This document shows positions 38,315 to 52,547 of a DNA stretch of 64,000 nucleotides, in pieces; positions within the stretch are counted from its first letter, which is position 1, and each line of letters opens with the position of its first letter. The position numbers and the translations under genes are program-made. The notes under the pieces were generated by a model. The model was not told the origin of the DNA and did no database searches. It was given only the letters and a program-made list of their open reading frames with translations. Origin of the DNA: the human T2T-CHM13v2.0 reference genome, Homo sapiens; NCBI RefSeq assembly GCF_009914755.1, contig NC_060928.1. The stretch is one strand, 5' to 3'.

Positions 38315-39429
38315 ACTATAATGAAAGGAGAATTGAGAGATGTTCTCCTGGCTAAATAAATCCATGAAATAAAATTCATGGCTGACAAATGAATTTAGTC
38401 ATAGCTGCATTTTTATGATGTTACCTCTAAAAATAACATTCCAATGTTCAGCCTAGCTATGATCCAAAAAAATTATCTATCATAAATGTTGGCCAATTGT
38501 CCAATTCTGAAAATGGCCTCAAGAGAAAATCATTTGCCAACAGATTATTTGGACACTGCCTTCTGTGGTAGAACCAAATTCTTGACAAATGAATGATCAC
38601 AACTATAATTTCTATTGCGTGAACTCCATATATCAAAAAGGGAAGTATTACCTCTACAGAATTGAAAACTGATTTAAACTCGATATTTTAAAAGAACAAT
38701 TATTCTTGAGCAATTCTTCAAAAGTATTGAGTTATTAATTTGGAATTTGGTCTGACTTCTATAAAAGACTTGGATAAATACAAAAGTGACTTTTCAGTAT
38801 TCCACTAAAAAAATTTCCTACAAAGAGGAAGCTGAAATCGTTCAGGAAGGGAATGGAATGAGGTCTTTACTTTGTGAAGAAGTGGAAGTGTCCTGACCAA
38901 GAAAGGGAATGAATCCTCAGAGACTGAAGGAGAGGAAAGTGACAGAATCCAAGGGTTCTTGAACTCAATTGCCCTCTTGCTGGCCATGATCAGAAAGGAG
39001 AGCACAGCAATGCTGACTGAGATCGGAGGAATCATTGCCACAGTGTTACAACCCTTGGAAAATTCCCAGTGGTCAAGTTAACATGAAGGAATTGGAAATC
39101 ATTTCTTTCCCTGCACGAATAGAAGGTCTAGGCTGAGGGAATCTTGTGCTCAGCCATCCATCCATCTTCTAAATCTACAGTTTACTCCAATCATTGCTAG
39201 CAGCAAAAGAGCACTTTACTTTGGACACATTGGGTATCTCCTGCTATTTTCTCATCTGTGCTGGGACACGAAGCCTTTTGGCACTCATTAATGTATAAAT
39301 CTAAAAGTTTGAGAGTTAAGAAATGATGGGGCAACATTTGAGAAATAGAAGACGGAAGTCAGTGGATAAAGAATTCATCTTTCATATCTCAAGTTGATAA
39401 TTCTAATGCAAACTTTAAATAACTCCTCA

Positions 39430-39750
<321 letters not shown>

Positions 39751-39904
39751 GAAATTCAAGACTGAAATTCACTTATACGCAAGAGAGAACAAATCAAAAT
39801 GTACCTGGAATTGTACCCTCCTTCTCTACTGCACCCTTCCCAGGACCCAACACTTTTTCTCTGGTATAACTTATCCTTCCTCCTGCCTCTCCGTGAAAGA
39901 AAAT

Positions 39905-41140
39905 CTGTATGCAAAAATTTGAATGACAGTTGAGTTCTCATCAGAAACCACCGAGACAAGAAAAAAGTAGTATGACATTTTTCAAGTGCTGAAAGAAAAG
40001 GCGTGCAAACCCAGAATTCTATATCCAGCAAAATCATCTTTCAGTGATGAAGGGGAAATCAAGACATTCTCAATTGTGGGAAATCTAACAGAATTTTTTG
40101 CCAGCAGACCAACCCTAAATGAATGGCTAAGCTATTTTTTGAAATAGAAAACAAATGATAAAGGAAACAATCTTTGAAAACCAAAAATAAAAAAAATAAT
40201 AGAAAGAGTAAAAGTATAGTTAATACAATAGATTTTCCTTTTCCTGTTGAGTTTTTAACATATGTTTGAGGGTTGAAACAAAAATTATAACACTTCCTGG
40301 TGTGGGTGGGTGTCAATGAGGTGTAAGAAATATTTAAGACATTTATACTAAAAATGGAGGGTAAAAGGATTTTGTAAAAGGAGGTAAGATTTTCATACTT
40401 TACTCAAACTGGTACAGCCACTCTGGGACATAATTTGGCCGTTTCTTAAAACACTAAACATACATAACGTATTACACAGCAATCACACTCCTGAGTATTT
40501 ATTCTAGAGAAATGAAAATTTATGCCCACATAAAAACTTTTATACCAGTGTTCATGGCAGCTTTAGTTGTAATAGCCACAAATGGAACCATCAAGAATGT
40601 CCTACAATAGGTGAATGGTTAAACATACTGTAGTACCTTCATACCCTGGAATACTACACAGCAGTTAAAAAAAATGAAGTATTGATATGTGCAACAAATG
40701 GGATGGCTATCAAGGGCATTTTGCTGAGTGGAGGGAAAAAGCAAATCTCAAAAGATCATATACAATATGATTCAATAATATTTTCAAAATAATAAAGTTT
40801 TAGAGAGGGAAAATAAATTAATAGTTGCTAGGGGATTAAGGATGGTGATAGGAAGGAGGAAGGGGAAAAGTGTAACTATGGGGAGGTTGCACGGGGGCTA
40901 TTTTTGTGATGAAATCATTGTGTATCTTCATTGAGGTGGCTATTACATAAATCTACGTATGATAAAATGGAATAAAACTAGGTACACACATTATACCAAC
41001 ATCAATCTCCTGGGTTTTCTATTGTACTGTAGTTACTTAAGATGTAACCATTGGGCAAAACGGGTTGAAGAGGGGAAGGCCTCTCTGTACATCCTTACAA
41101 CTTCTTGTAAATCTTTATTTCAAAATAAAAATTTAAATAG
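39905..41140 (+). mobile_element. L1MC/L1MD-like: ORF1 3' part joined to the 3' end
   Basis: aacccagaattctatatccagcaaaatcatctttc (ORF1), then a 3'UTR from ggtacagccactctgg to ttcttgtaaatctttatttcaaaataaaa. Confidence 0.8.
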
Positions 41141-43244
41141 AAAAATCAGAAAGAGGGCTCACTGTGGCAACTTCTTGTTAAACTTTCTGTGTAGCAACTC
41201 ATAAGTGCTCACTTTTCCTTTTGTCAGCTGTTGACTTCTTTGTTCGTGAGTCAGTATCTTTCATAATGACCTATTTCTCTCTGGAGTATTTCTTTACACA
41301 ATTTATATTCTTTTTGATGCTTAGTGCCTATATCTGCAATAAAAATTTTTCTTTTTTTCAACTTTTGACTCTTTTTAGGAGATGAATATTCTGCTCATTT
41401 GTGTCTTTCAACATAATCTTTTTTTCAATATGTGAGTTAATATAGAAAAGCCTCTGAAACCAATTTTCCTAACAATACTAGGCCACTTGCTTCTTTTCAA
41501 AATTGCTTCAATAAAACCTCAATTTAAAAGGTACTTTATTTTTTCAATAAATTTGAATAGCATAACAAAAATATTTTAAAATTATTTTTCCAATATATCC
41601 ATATATTCTACATACATGTGAATCAATAATATATGCAGACACATATATGCACACTCACGTGAATTAATGTAGCCTGTAGAGAAAAATATAGTTCATTAAT
41701 ACTGAGGAAATACAAAGCAAAAGTTTTATCAGGATAATTATTTCAAACAAAAGTTTATCTTAATTGAAAAGTACACTCAAATAGCATGCCAGTATTCGAC
41801 ACATAATCAAGCTAGTTGTTCAGGGAAGAAAACAAGATAAATTATTAGTTATAACTCTAACATGTCAAAGTCTTATTTCAAAGAAATTGACTCTGCAATT
41901 AGTTCTATATTTAACTTCCTGTCAAAACCAAAATCAAATCCCAGAAAAATTAAATCTCTAAAGCCCCCCTAACCTTTCTCATCATTTTTTAAATTGTCAG
42001 AATATCACTGAAAATGTTACTTTTCTTTGGGACAATCCCAGGTGCACTAAATAGAACTCCATACATTAATCATAATGACAGCAACTTCAGTTGACGGTAG
42101 GGAAGTTCTAATACAGTCATCTCAAAATACTGTTCACTCTTTTACGTTTTTTTTTCTTCAACTGTCTGGTCAGTAGAGACAAATGATACTAATTTTAAAT
42201 ATTTGGAGTGATATATTGTCTCTAGGGTTGTTTTGGAAATCTTGATGCCCCTAAATATTGATGCCCTTGGAGGTAATTTGACTACTCTGAAATGTTATTA
42301 CACTCAAGAAAAATAAAACCTTGAAAATATATCTTACCTGAATGGGTAAAAATCTTTCAACAATGAGAATAGAGTTAACTAAATTATGAAAACAGATATA
42401 TTCATGAAGAAAAAAATACAGAAGAATGGGAAACCAAAAACCATTCGAATAAAAATATATGAAGACAGAGTGCAGCACAATATCTCATAGAAAGGAATTT
42501 GGCTAATCATCACTATTAAAATGGATATACCTCTATCCAAAAGGTGGAGTGGACTAAATAAAGGAAAATTATATTTATATATATATTTTAAATGGTGCTT
42601 TGTAGCAGTAAAACAAATCAGTTCTTTCTATTATAAACTTCCTGATTCAAATCAAAAGAAAATATAGTAGGCTGCAATTTAAATAGCACAATATTACCTA
42701 GAAGTTTAAACCCACACAAAGTTTGCCATGTTCAAGGCAAATATTGGGAAGATAAAAATAAGCAGAAAGCTGTTACTACATTTAAATTGCCAGATATCTA
42801 GTTACCTGATTAATGAAGAAAACAAAAACACATATAATTGTAGAATTTGTGTAATTTCTCTGACCTTTATACCACCCATATCCATCAAATTAATAGTTTT
42901 TCTCTTTATGTTAAGCTGTGTAAACAAATCCAAGTCCACTTCTCTTTCACATATTTTGCAGGTAAGTGTGAGAGTTTTAATTTATTCATATAGAAAATAC
43001 TCTAAAGCTCGAAATATATCTATAAGGCATTCAATTTTGGTTCTACGTGCTTAGCCTGATTTGTCATTTCTAAAGGAATGTTTAACTTGGGAATTTTCTG
43101 GTTTAAGCTACAGACATGTTTATTCAGGTTTTTGCTTGTCTGTTTAGGGTATTGTAAGGCTCCTGGGAAGATTTGTATATATAAACTTATTTGCTGTGCA
43201 CTTAGGAAAGATGAATGAACTGAGAGATAGATCCCTTTGGATCT

Positions 43245-43380
43245 TGTCTTTTTTCTTCCTCTCCTTTCTCTCCCTTTTGTCTACCCCCTCCCTCTCTCCA
43301 CTTCCCTCTCTCTCACTCCCTCTTCCTCCACCTTCTTTCTTTCTCCTGCTCCCTCCCTCCCTCTCTTTCCTCTCCATTTT
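43245..43380. repeat. CT-rich polypyrimidine/polypurine tract
   Basis: ~135 nt of almost only C/T on the + strand. Confidence 0.9.
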
Positions 43381-43969
43381 GAAATAAGAAGGATTCATGG
43401 CAACCTGCACAGGATAGAATGAAACAGATCTGAGTCAAGAGGAGAATCTCTGAGGATAATTTCTTCAAACAGGTAAGGAAGAATAAGAATAAACTTCTCT
43501 TAAGTTCACCGTTATCAGCAAATTGCACACATAGATTCTTCAACATTTCCAGGCAAAGGAGGCCTACCATGGGGGGAAGAGCAGGAGAGCAGATGCCTAC
43601 CCGCCCCCAGTACAAGCAGAGCAGGAGCCTGTTAAAGTCCAGGTTAGGACAGGGAAACTCAGATCAACTTTCCACATTCTTGGATCCCAAGCTCTGGACA
43701 CTAACTCTCAACAAGAACATTCAGAAGTCATAAACACTAGTCATTTTCCCTGTAAATGTCCTGCATCTATCAAAATAGAAAGTGAATAATACGATAAAAT
43801 ATTTGTTATTCGCAACACATGCTGCACAGTTTAAAAATATTATTCAATTTTATTCAAATTATCCCCATGGTACATAGTTTTTTCAAGGAGTTTTAAAGAA
43901 ATCCATTTGCATTCCAGTTTCTTAACCTCTTTCAAAAGTTCAAACCTCTTTCAAAATGTGAACTCCCCA

Positions 43970-44493
43970 TCATTGACTCTGTGACCTCCCTCTTCTCGTA
44001 TTATCTTCATTTTTCTCACTGCTCTCCAGTCACATTGTCCCGCATGTTGCTTCTCCAACATGCTAGACATGATCACACCTTAGCGTCTATCTATAGGCTG
44101 CTTTCTCTGCTTGAAACTCCCTTCCCCAGGAAGCATCTCCATCTGTTCAAATGTCACATACTCAATAAAGTTTAAGACTCTTTTAAAAATATAATTTATA
44201 AAAATATAATTATCCTCCCTGACAGCACAGTTTTGAACCCCCCACCTTGCTCTTCTCTATTTTTTCCTATTTCTATTTCATTTACCATTTTATTCTATAT
44301 GTTACAATTATCACATTTATTAGATCTGGGTTTTTTTTATAACTTTCTGTCTTATTCAGTTTAATGTAAGCTCTGTGAGAAAAGGGTCTTTATATCTTTT
44401 ACTCACTAATTATCTCCACTTTCCAGAATAATTCATGGTGCAGAGTAGGCATTATTTAATAAAGATTTGCTGAAACTATGAGTGAATGAATGA
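43970..44493 (+). mobile_element. L2a 3' fragment
   Basis: ctccagtcacattg, aatgtaagctctgtgag, and terminal gagtaggcattatttaataaagatttgctga followed by tgaatgaatga. Confidence 0.8.
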
Positions 44494-44760
44494 GTGACTC
44501 GCTCACTTATAGTAAATCTTACTCAAAATACTGGCATACATGTTGAGAAAGAAAATGACTCTCAATCAGAAGCTTATCTATTAAAATTTAAGTTGTTCAA
44601 ATTCACTATTTTTAATAAAACTAAAGGAAGGACATTAGAAAAAAACTTTAGAAGCCATTCCAAAGAGTGTAGGAATATAAAGACTTTCCAAATTGTTTTA
44701 GATTGTGCATGAGCAAAAAATTTTAAGACAAGAAAGAGCCTAGAAAGAGATTCTGGAAGA

Positions 44761-45194
44761 TACTGGCAGATTGCTCAACAAATCCATTACGTCTCTTTTT
44801 TTGAGGATGTAGCATGACAATATTTTATCCATCTTCTTTTATAGTTAGGTGTGGCCATGTGACTAAGTCCCAGCCAATAGAATGTGGGAGACACTGATAG
44901 GCATAACTTCCAGACCTAGTCCTTTAAAAATCCCTCACTTGTGCTTTTCCATGCTCTGTCTCATTTCCTGGCTTGATAGCAATGTGCATGATAACTCAGG
45001 AAGCCACATGTTGAATACTGTGGCACCACAAGATGAAACAAGCCTGGATCCTGGAACCACTGCTTGGAGGGGGTTGCCTGCCATCGTGAATACACATTGG
45101 ACTTTATATAAATACGAAGTATACTTCTCTTGTTTTAAATTACTGAGAATTTGTGGTTCATGTATTATGGTAGCTAGTATTACCTTAAGTAATA
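44761..45194 (+). mobile_element. MLT1J-like MaLR solo LTR
   Basis: agttaggtgtggccatgtgactaagtcccagccaatagaatgtg, ggaagccacatgttgaa, aagcctggatcc. Confidence 0.75.
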
Positions 45195-46530
45195 GAAGAA
45201 TGTTCCCACTGTGTTAAATAGAAAAAATATTTTCTTCCACAGACTAAAATTGAAGCATGGTTAAACATGCAGAATCTAGGTGGAAGTCTGGGATCTCAGA
45301 AGATACAAAAGAAGCTTTCCCTTGCACTGCAAGATCACATATGGCAAAGGCTTCAATAAATATCTCTAATGGGCCTACTCTCTTCCTTATAACTCATCTG
45401 ACATTTTTGTGATACAAGGGAGAACAGTTGAATTGTTTGAAAAACTTGCCTCAGAAAGGGTGAGACAGAAAGCTCACTGGTGAATTGAAAAGGTTTTCAT
45501 TGTACCGTTATGGGACTGTTTTTAAAAGACTCTATGTTCCTTGTAAAATTCATTCTTGAATCAGATTTGATTTTTAGCAAACAATTTCTTACCTAATCTC
45601 AACCTCCAGACTTTAATATTCTAACAATTACACAAGTCCATTGCATTAAAAAGTTCTCAATAGTTATTTTTTTAGTTTTGATAAGTTTTAACAAGACAAA
45701 AAGCTGACAAGTCTTAAATTTGGTAAAAGGAGATTTTGAAAAGGAGACTCCAAAAATAATGCATTTAAAATCTAATTTATATGGTGCCTCAGAAGAGTTT
45801 CAAACAAATGAATAGTCTTCTAAGAAGTTATAAATTCATGTCCGGGATAGAAATATCTGTGAATCACTAAATTATTTCTCTCATATTTGCTGGTGTAAAA
45901 CTAGGGAATAGCCAAGCAGCTTACATTATCAACTGCTTATGAGGATGCTAAAATGATATACTTAACTGATATTTCCATCTAGAGGCACTGTATAATTTTG
46001 TCACCAAAAATAACTATAGACTCAAGAATATAAGGAGGAATATTTTATATAGTGGCATACAAAGTTATGACATTTATCTGTCATTTTCCCATATTATTTA
46101 TCCTCAAAAGAGTTTGTTTCTTTACATCATGTGGAAGGATAATTGGTCCCATAAAGAAGTAATTATTTATATCAACGAGGTAATAATAAAAGAGAATGGC
46201 TCATAATCTACTGGACGTTGCATGGCCTGTGATGTCTCTTTCCTTCTAGTCACTTTCGAAAGCTCAAATACCAACACCTTTGTAACTTCCTCCTTTTCCC
46301 CCATATACATAGTCAATTCTTCTTTTGTACTCCCTCAAATGTTAATTTGTACATTGATTTTCACATTTACATTACTGTATTATAATTACCTACTTACGTT
46401 TATGACCTGTCCGATCAATTTTAAATTAGCATTTTCTTCTCCCTTGTGTCTCGGTACATTGTATGCTGACATAGAGCAGATTCTCAATGGATGTTTGTTA
46501 AAGGATGCATTTTATTTCCTCAGTAAAACC

Positions 46531-46692
46531 ATTTTATGTCATTAGACAAATTCAAGTATACAGTTAGATTCCAGAAACTATAGTCTACCATATAATTAAA
46601 GGTATTTCTGCTATTTTATGTCATTGAACAAATTCAAGTGTACAATTAGATTTCAAAAATTATACTCTCCCATGTAATTAAAGGTATTTCTG
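46531..46692. repeat. Two-copy tandem duplication, 82-bp period
   Basis: The unit attttatgtcatt to taattaaaggtatttctg occurs at 46531-46610 and 46613-46692. Confidence 0.95.
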
Positions 46693-47489
46693 AAAAAAAA
46701 ATGCTTATTCATGAAGGACAGTGTTTTTATAAAATTTGATATCTAATGACTGATGTTTAATAGCTGTGGAATAAAAGAATGCTAAAAGTCATACTGAATG
46801 CCTGAAAAAATGAGTCAGTAGTTGGGACCAGAACCAACCAAAAGATCCACAGAGTAGAGGTGATAAGAAGGTGTCTTGAGATTTTAGAATCAATAGCAAA
46901 AGCTATTAGTATCCATAGCCATGGAATTAGGCAAAAACAACAGACAGGAGAAGAAAAATTTATTCAGTGATGAAACGAACATTGAAACCAAAGGGAAGGA
47001 ACAAGTGACTCATCACAAAAGTGTACCACTATTAAAGGTAAGAGAATAGACCTGCTGTGGAGAGAATTAGAAACTGGTTGCTAATGTGCCTACATATTGA
47101 GAAAAACATTCTAGTTCCTATTTTCCTAAATTTCAATCACATCCTTAGAATAAAATTCTATTATCTAAGCTGACCTAAGTTTACTTCTGTTCCTCAAAAC
47201 CTGAAAGACCCTAACAAAATATACTGGTATAACGAATGACTTAGTTCAATTGTGTCTTTTCTACCTACATCCACAAACAAGTACCAAACATCAATTTTTT
47301 TTTCAGGAAAACAATCCTCTTATTTTTCATTACATTCTACTGCAGTTAGGACACCACACAAGTTTTACTTCCCCTTTCCTCTGACAATCCACATCTTGTT
47401 GCCACGGTCTGATCATTCTACTTCTGTTACACATCTCAAAATAGTGTCATGATCTTCATTCCTACTAGTTTACATATTTTTCATACTCA

Positions 47490-49930
47490 CTTAAGTCTTC
47501 CTAATTGATCTCACTACATTTCTTTATTTCTATGTGTTTTTGTGATGGTAAATATCAACCTTTCATTGCCACGTTTAAGTCTCCTTCAAGCATTTCCTGT
47601 AGAACCAGTCTAGTGGTGACTAATTTCCTTAGCATTCACTTGTCTGGGAAAGACTTTATCTTTCCTTCATGTATGAAACTTATTCTGGTGGAATATACAA
47701 TTCTTGACTTAAAGTTTTGTTTTTTCTTTTTTATAGTTCACCACTTTGAAAAATGACACCCAATTTTCTTCTGGCCTGTGAGGTTTCTGCTGAAAAGTCA
47801 GCTGTTCATCTGATGGGGTTGTAAAAAGCAGTATAGGTGACTAGATGTTTTCCTCTTGCTAATTTTAAAATTCTTTATTTAACTTTGACGTTAGACATTC
47901 TGAATATAATATGCCATGATGTAGTCCTTTTTGCAGTGTATTTTCGTGGGGATCATTGGATCTTCTGGATCTGGATGGCTAACTCTGTTGATAGACTTGG
48001 GAAGTTGTCATCAATTATTTTCTTAAACAGATTTTCTATACTTTTTGATACCTCCTCACCCTTGGGAGTACTGATCATTCATAAATTTGCTCATTTTATG
48101 TAGTCCCAGACATCTCAAAGGCTTTATTCATTCTTTTTAATTATTTTTGTCTTATTTTAAAATTATTTTAAAAGACCTGTCTTCATGTTTTGAGATTCTT
48201 TCTTTTACTTCATCTAACCTATTATTGAAGCTTTCAGATATATTTTATATTTCCTTCAATGAATTATTTTAGTTTCAGAATCTCTGCTTTTTTTAAAAAA
48301 GTATCTTCTTGGTAAATTTCTCATTCACATTCTGAATTGAGATTCTGATTTCTTTAGTTTGTTTTCAGATTTTTCTTGAATCTCACTAAGCTTTAAAATC
48401 AGTATTTTGAATCTTTTATTTGGCATTTCAAGGAATTCTTTTTGATTGGGGTCTATTGCTAGACAATCTTTGTGGTCCTTTAGTGGTGTCATATTTCCCT
48501 GCTTCTTCATGTTTCCTGTGTCCTTCCATTGATATCTGCACATCTGGTGTAACATTCGCTTGTTCCAATTTTTTGAAATTGCTTTTGTAGGAGATAATTT
48601 TTTTTTCCTGAAGATGTATGTATGCTGTGGGTTAAGATACTTTTGCTTTGATTTTGGGTGTCTGTGGTAGTGTTATCTTTGTATGACTTCTTCAGCAGTA
48701 CAAAGGTTCAGTGGTATCTGTGATTTCCTTGGTAGCTTAGGGTACAGTTACTAGTTGAGGTTTTGGTGAAGTTTTGCTGGGGACTTGGACACCAGCTAAG
48801 CCAGTCTTTGGGCCCTGGTGGTGACGGCAGTAGGGTGAGTTTGCCTGTTTTTAGGCCCCAGAGCAACTTACACTGGCTCTGATGTTAGTCGGTTAAAGAG
48901 GGCTGATTCTTGGGACTCTGGGTGGCTTTCTTAGAAGCTAGTAGTGGGAGCGGTAGGCCAGATGGGTGTGTGGGTTCTCAGATGCCTGGGCAACTGGTTC
49001 ATTGTGGGTGATGGCAGGAGCAGCAGTAGAGCAGCCCACTGGGATACAAGTGGCCCATGTTGGTGTTGCTGGAAGCTGAGGTGTGTTAAGTGGGCTAGTC
49101 TGTAGTCCCACAGTCATGAGTAGCAAGAGTGGTGGGTATTGTCCTAAGTGTGCTTCGGAGAGTTTGCTCTTCCCTTTCCCTCCCCAGTTAGGTGGCAGCT
49201 GCAGCTCTGTTACCTCAAACTCGGCCTGAGGGTGAGGCACAGCCCAGTGTTAAATTTTCAAAATGGTGCCAGCTGTGGGCTAGAAACCAGAAAGGATGGT
49301 GACCATCTCAGGCAAGCAGCACAGGCAAGAAACTTTGGAGAATATGATCTGCTCACATCTCCATCTCAACAGCAGTCCACAGGAGATTGCAAGGGACCCT
49401 CCTTGGGTGCATAGGAGCACCCAATCTCAACCTCCCTTCTCCCTTTTTGAAGCCTCACAAAAGCAGCAGCTGCCATGTCTGGAGATCCCTGGTATCCATC
49501 CCTCAAAATGATGCCTAGCGGAGGCTGCTAGAACAAAGGCTCAAATACCTGTGAGATTACATGTACATTCCCTTTGTGGAGCAATGTCTCTGAACAACCT
49601 TTAGCTACCTCCATATGTCAGGCCTAAAGACCTCATGGGTTGAGGGTTTCTCCTGTAGCCAAGACTGTGGAACCTTGGGGGTTTCTCCATTACTGTTTCC
49701 CTGCCTCCAGGAGCCATTTTCCCGCTCTCAGTCAGTCCCTGGCCAGGCAGGCTGCCTTGAACACTCTTCTTTCTTACTCTTGGGCTTCCTGTCTCTTCTC
49801 TAGTGAATCCTAGGATTCTCTTCTAGACAATCTGTTTAAAATGTGAGTATCTATTAATTATTCTGGTTCCTCTCCACAGAGGAGGTACATACTACTTGCA
49901 TCTAGTCAGCCATCTTGATCCCTCTCCCTG
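47490..49930 (-). mobile_element. L1M (L1MA-like) 5'UTR plus degraded ORF1
   Basis: The minus-strand 5' end reads AAGATGGCTGACTAGATGC at ~49917. ORF 48325-48555(-) gives NMKKQGNMTPLKDH, an ORF1 N-terminus. Confidence 0.85.
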
Positions 49931-50574
49931 CACTTATTCTTTCTCTGTTCTAATCCTAAAATAGCTTTAAGAAAAAATAATTGATAATAAAAGTGGCTGA
50001 ATACAACATATACATATGTAAATAAGATAGGTCTGTGGAAAAGGTCTCCAATTCATTACAGAATAAATAAATCTGAATGGAGTAAATCATGATGAGTTTA
50101 TATATATGTTCAAGTCCATAAACTAAGGTTTCTGAGAGGAAAGTTGTGGATGAAATGGATTCTACTGAGACACTGATATGAGGTCAAAGGAAACCTGACA
50201 CTGAAAAATACTGAAAGGTAGAACATCATCATTGTTAATATACATACTTCTACCAGATTTGTTATGCTGAATAATAGCAATTTTGTTACCTTTAAATTAA
50301 ATTTAAAATTCAATTTTAAACAGAGCAATTTAAAATAATTTAATCGAAGGTCGCATGGTGGTGGGTAATTGGGAATTGGGGCCAGCAGATGACAAGTGTC
50401 GTCTGAGAAGACCAAAGCTAAATGCTTCTGGGTTTTTGAGGGCCCATAACATCGTTCAGTCTTTCCTGTCAGAGAATAGAAACCGCTGGCTCCATGAGAA
50501 TCCACTAGGAGAAACGTGGGTGGCAATGGAGAGCAAGGACTCAGGATCACTCTCAGACCATTCTGCTCAGTGAT

Positions 50575-50960
50575 CCAGAAATGTACAATATGCCAGGCCT
50601 TAAATATGTTAAATATGTTGTAATGAACAAAACAAATATTCTTATTCCCATAAAATTTAAAATTTTGTGAAGGGAGGGAGAATTAAAAATATGTCAAGAA
50701 AAAATAAATTATTCACAAACTTTGATAAGTGCTACAAGAAGAATAAAGAGGGTGCTGAAGGAGGGCATAATGGGGGCAGCCACTCTCATACAGGCAGCTA
50801 GGAAGGACCTTTGAATAAGGGTCCTGAATAATGAGCAGAAGTCAGCCATGTGAAATGAAGATAATTGTATTCTGGGTGGAGGAAACAATCTTTTCCTAAG
50901 GCTATGGGGGAGAAACCTGATTCCAGTGAGTTGAGAAGTTGATCAAGGTGAGCAATCTGC
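50575..50960 (-). mobile_element. L2 fragment
   Basis: atatgccaggc, tgataagtgctacaagaagaataaa and agtcagccatgtgaa are antisense L2-like motifs. Confidence 0.55.
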
Positions 50961-52547
50961 CCAGACCTTACATAAGAAGGAATATGGAGAAATAAGTGGG
51001 CAGATTGGTATGGTTCATTGTGGTCATCATCATCATTGGTTGGAAGGGATAGAAATAATATTTATAGAGTGGAGAGAAGGAAACCACAGAAAGACTTGAC
51101 CCATGGAGGGTTTATGATTTGATTTTGACAACATCAGACTCAGAGAAACCTCTCAGTCCTCAGGGACTAGATGAGTGCATTAGCCTCTCCCTCTCTAGGC
51201 CAGCTTCAGGTTTCCAGCTGTACCAACCTTCTTGGGTTTCCATCATTGGCTGGATCAGGGGCTTGTCCTTTGTCATTCTGTACCCTGTTGTTCTTTGTCC
51301 CCTGTACACCTCTTATTTACTTTAACTATAATATTTTCTAATTATTTTTCTCTGGGAAGTTTTCATTAGAATTTGCCTTTCATTTCCCCTATTATATCAA
51401 ATCTGCATTTTAAAGATTTTTATGCTAATTTATTATTTATCACATGGATTAAGAATGGAAAAGATTTAACTCTTGAGTAAGTGATGGGGAAGAAATAGAA
51501 AAGAAAGAAGAAAGTAGAGAGAAAGAAGGTGAGATAAAAGCTACCAGCCCGAATATCAGGAAAAATCAGGTAGTGTCTACAGTGGCTGAGCACTGGTCAT
51601 GTGTAAAAAGCAAGAGTATGATTCTGAGCTGTGATATTTGGTGTAAATATAGTTTCTATTTTATGGAAGAAAAGTTTTTAAACTACTTCTGTAAGGACAT
51701 TTACCTAGCGTACCTAAAAGCTAAATGGATATCATGTTTGATATTTTAAATTTTTTTTCTTGGTAAATACACTAGAATATGTCCATGCCATTTAAAAAAA
51801 TAATGAAATCTGAGTTGTAAGAAAGGAAGTAAGTGTTGATGGGGATATAAGTTGGGAAACTGTCAAAAGCCAGCTGATTTAAAAGAATGAGAGACCATAT
51901 AGTATATTTCATCATCTTCAAGCAGACTTACAAGTAAATCCCCAAAGATATAAAATTCGATTACCATGTTAGAGGTGCCAGAGGTAGATAATATGATCCT
52001 TATTATAAATAAGTTTACACTAACACATAAAATAAAAAAGACTGAACAAAGCAATAAATATAGAAAAAGTCATGCCAATTTAACCTTCTGGGAGCAGTTA
52101 CAGGAGAGACTGCTGAAATAGAAAACAGTAGTAGTTACATTTTAATGATTAAAGAAATATGTTTTATTTTAAAAGTCATTTGTTATATTAATGTACAGAT
52201 ATCTTTAAATTTCTTTAGAAATTTCCCAGCTCAAGAGAAAAATCTTAAAGGAATTTAATATACCGTAATTTACTTTACAATGTCATCATTCTTTTAAGAT
52301 CTTTTCATATATAATTGTGTAAGAACTCACTTAGGATTCTAAGAAGAATGCTTACAATCAGCACACAAGTTCTTATGTTCTCTTGACAGTCCTGGGTGAA
52401 AATATTTCCGTAACCTTAGCCAAAAAAAGGCATGCATGCATGACACCTCCATGGCTCTTTGAAATTGGTATCCTTTTGCACAGTACCAAAGTGTTTCTAA
52501 TTATAGATTTGAGAATATAAGTATTTTAATTTAAAAATTGAAGCTGA

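Noticed and set aside
38878-39081. ~67-codon stop-free + strand frame (RSGSVLTKKGNESSETEGEE...)
   Set aside because: No convincing acceptor or early ATG and no recognisable protein. Purine-rich composition explains the lack of stops.
46700-47225. Possible ancient LTR ending gaaagaccctaacaaaata
   Set aside because: Too diverged to assign a family or boundaries by eye.
50380-50397. Second CTCF-like motif ggccagcagatgacaa
   Set aside because: Mismatch in the highly conserved GGC of the core. Too weak to call.
50110-50550. 146-aa minus ORF (also 42728-43054 and 46222-46545)
   Set aside because: Non-ATG or weak starts for most, L/F/I-rich composition typical of AT-rich non-coding DNA, and no domain recognised.
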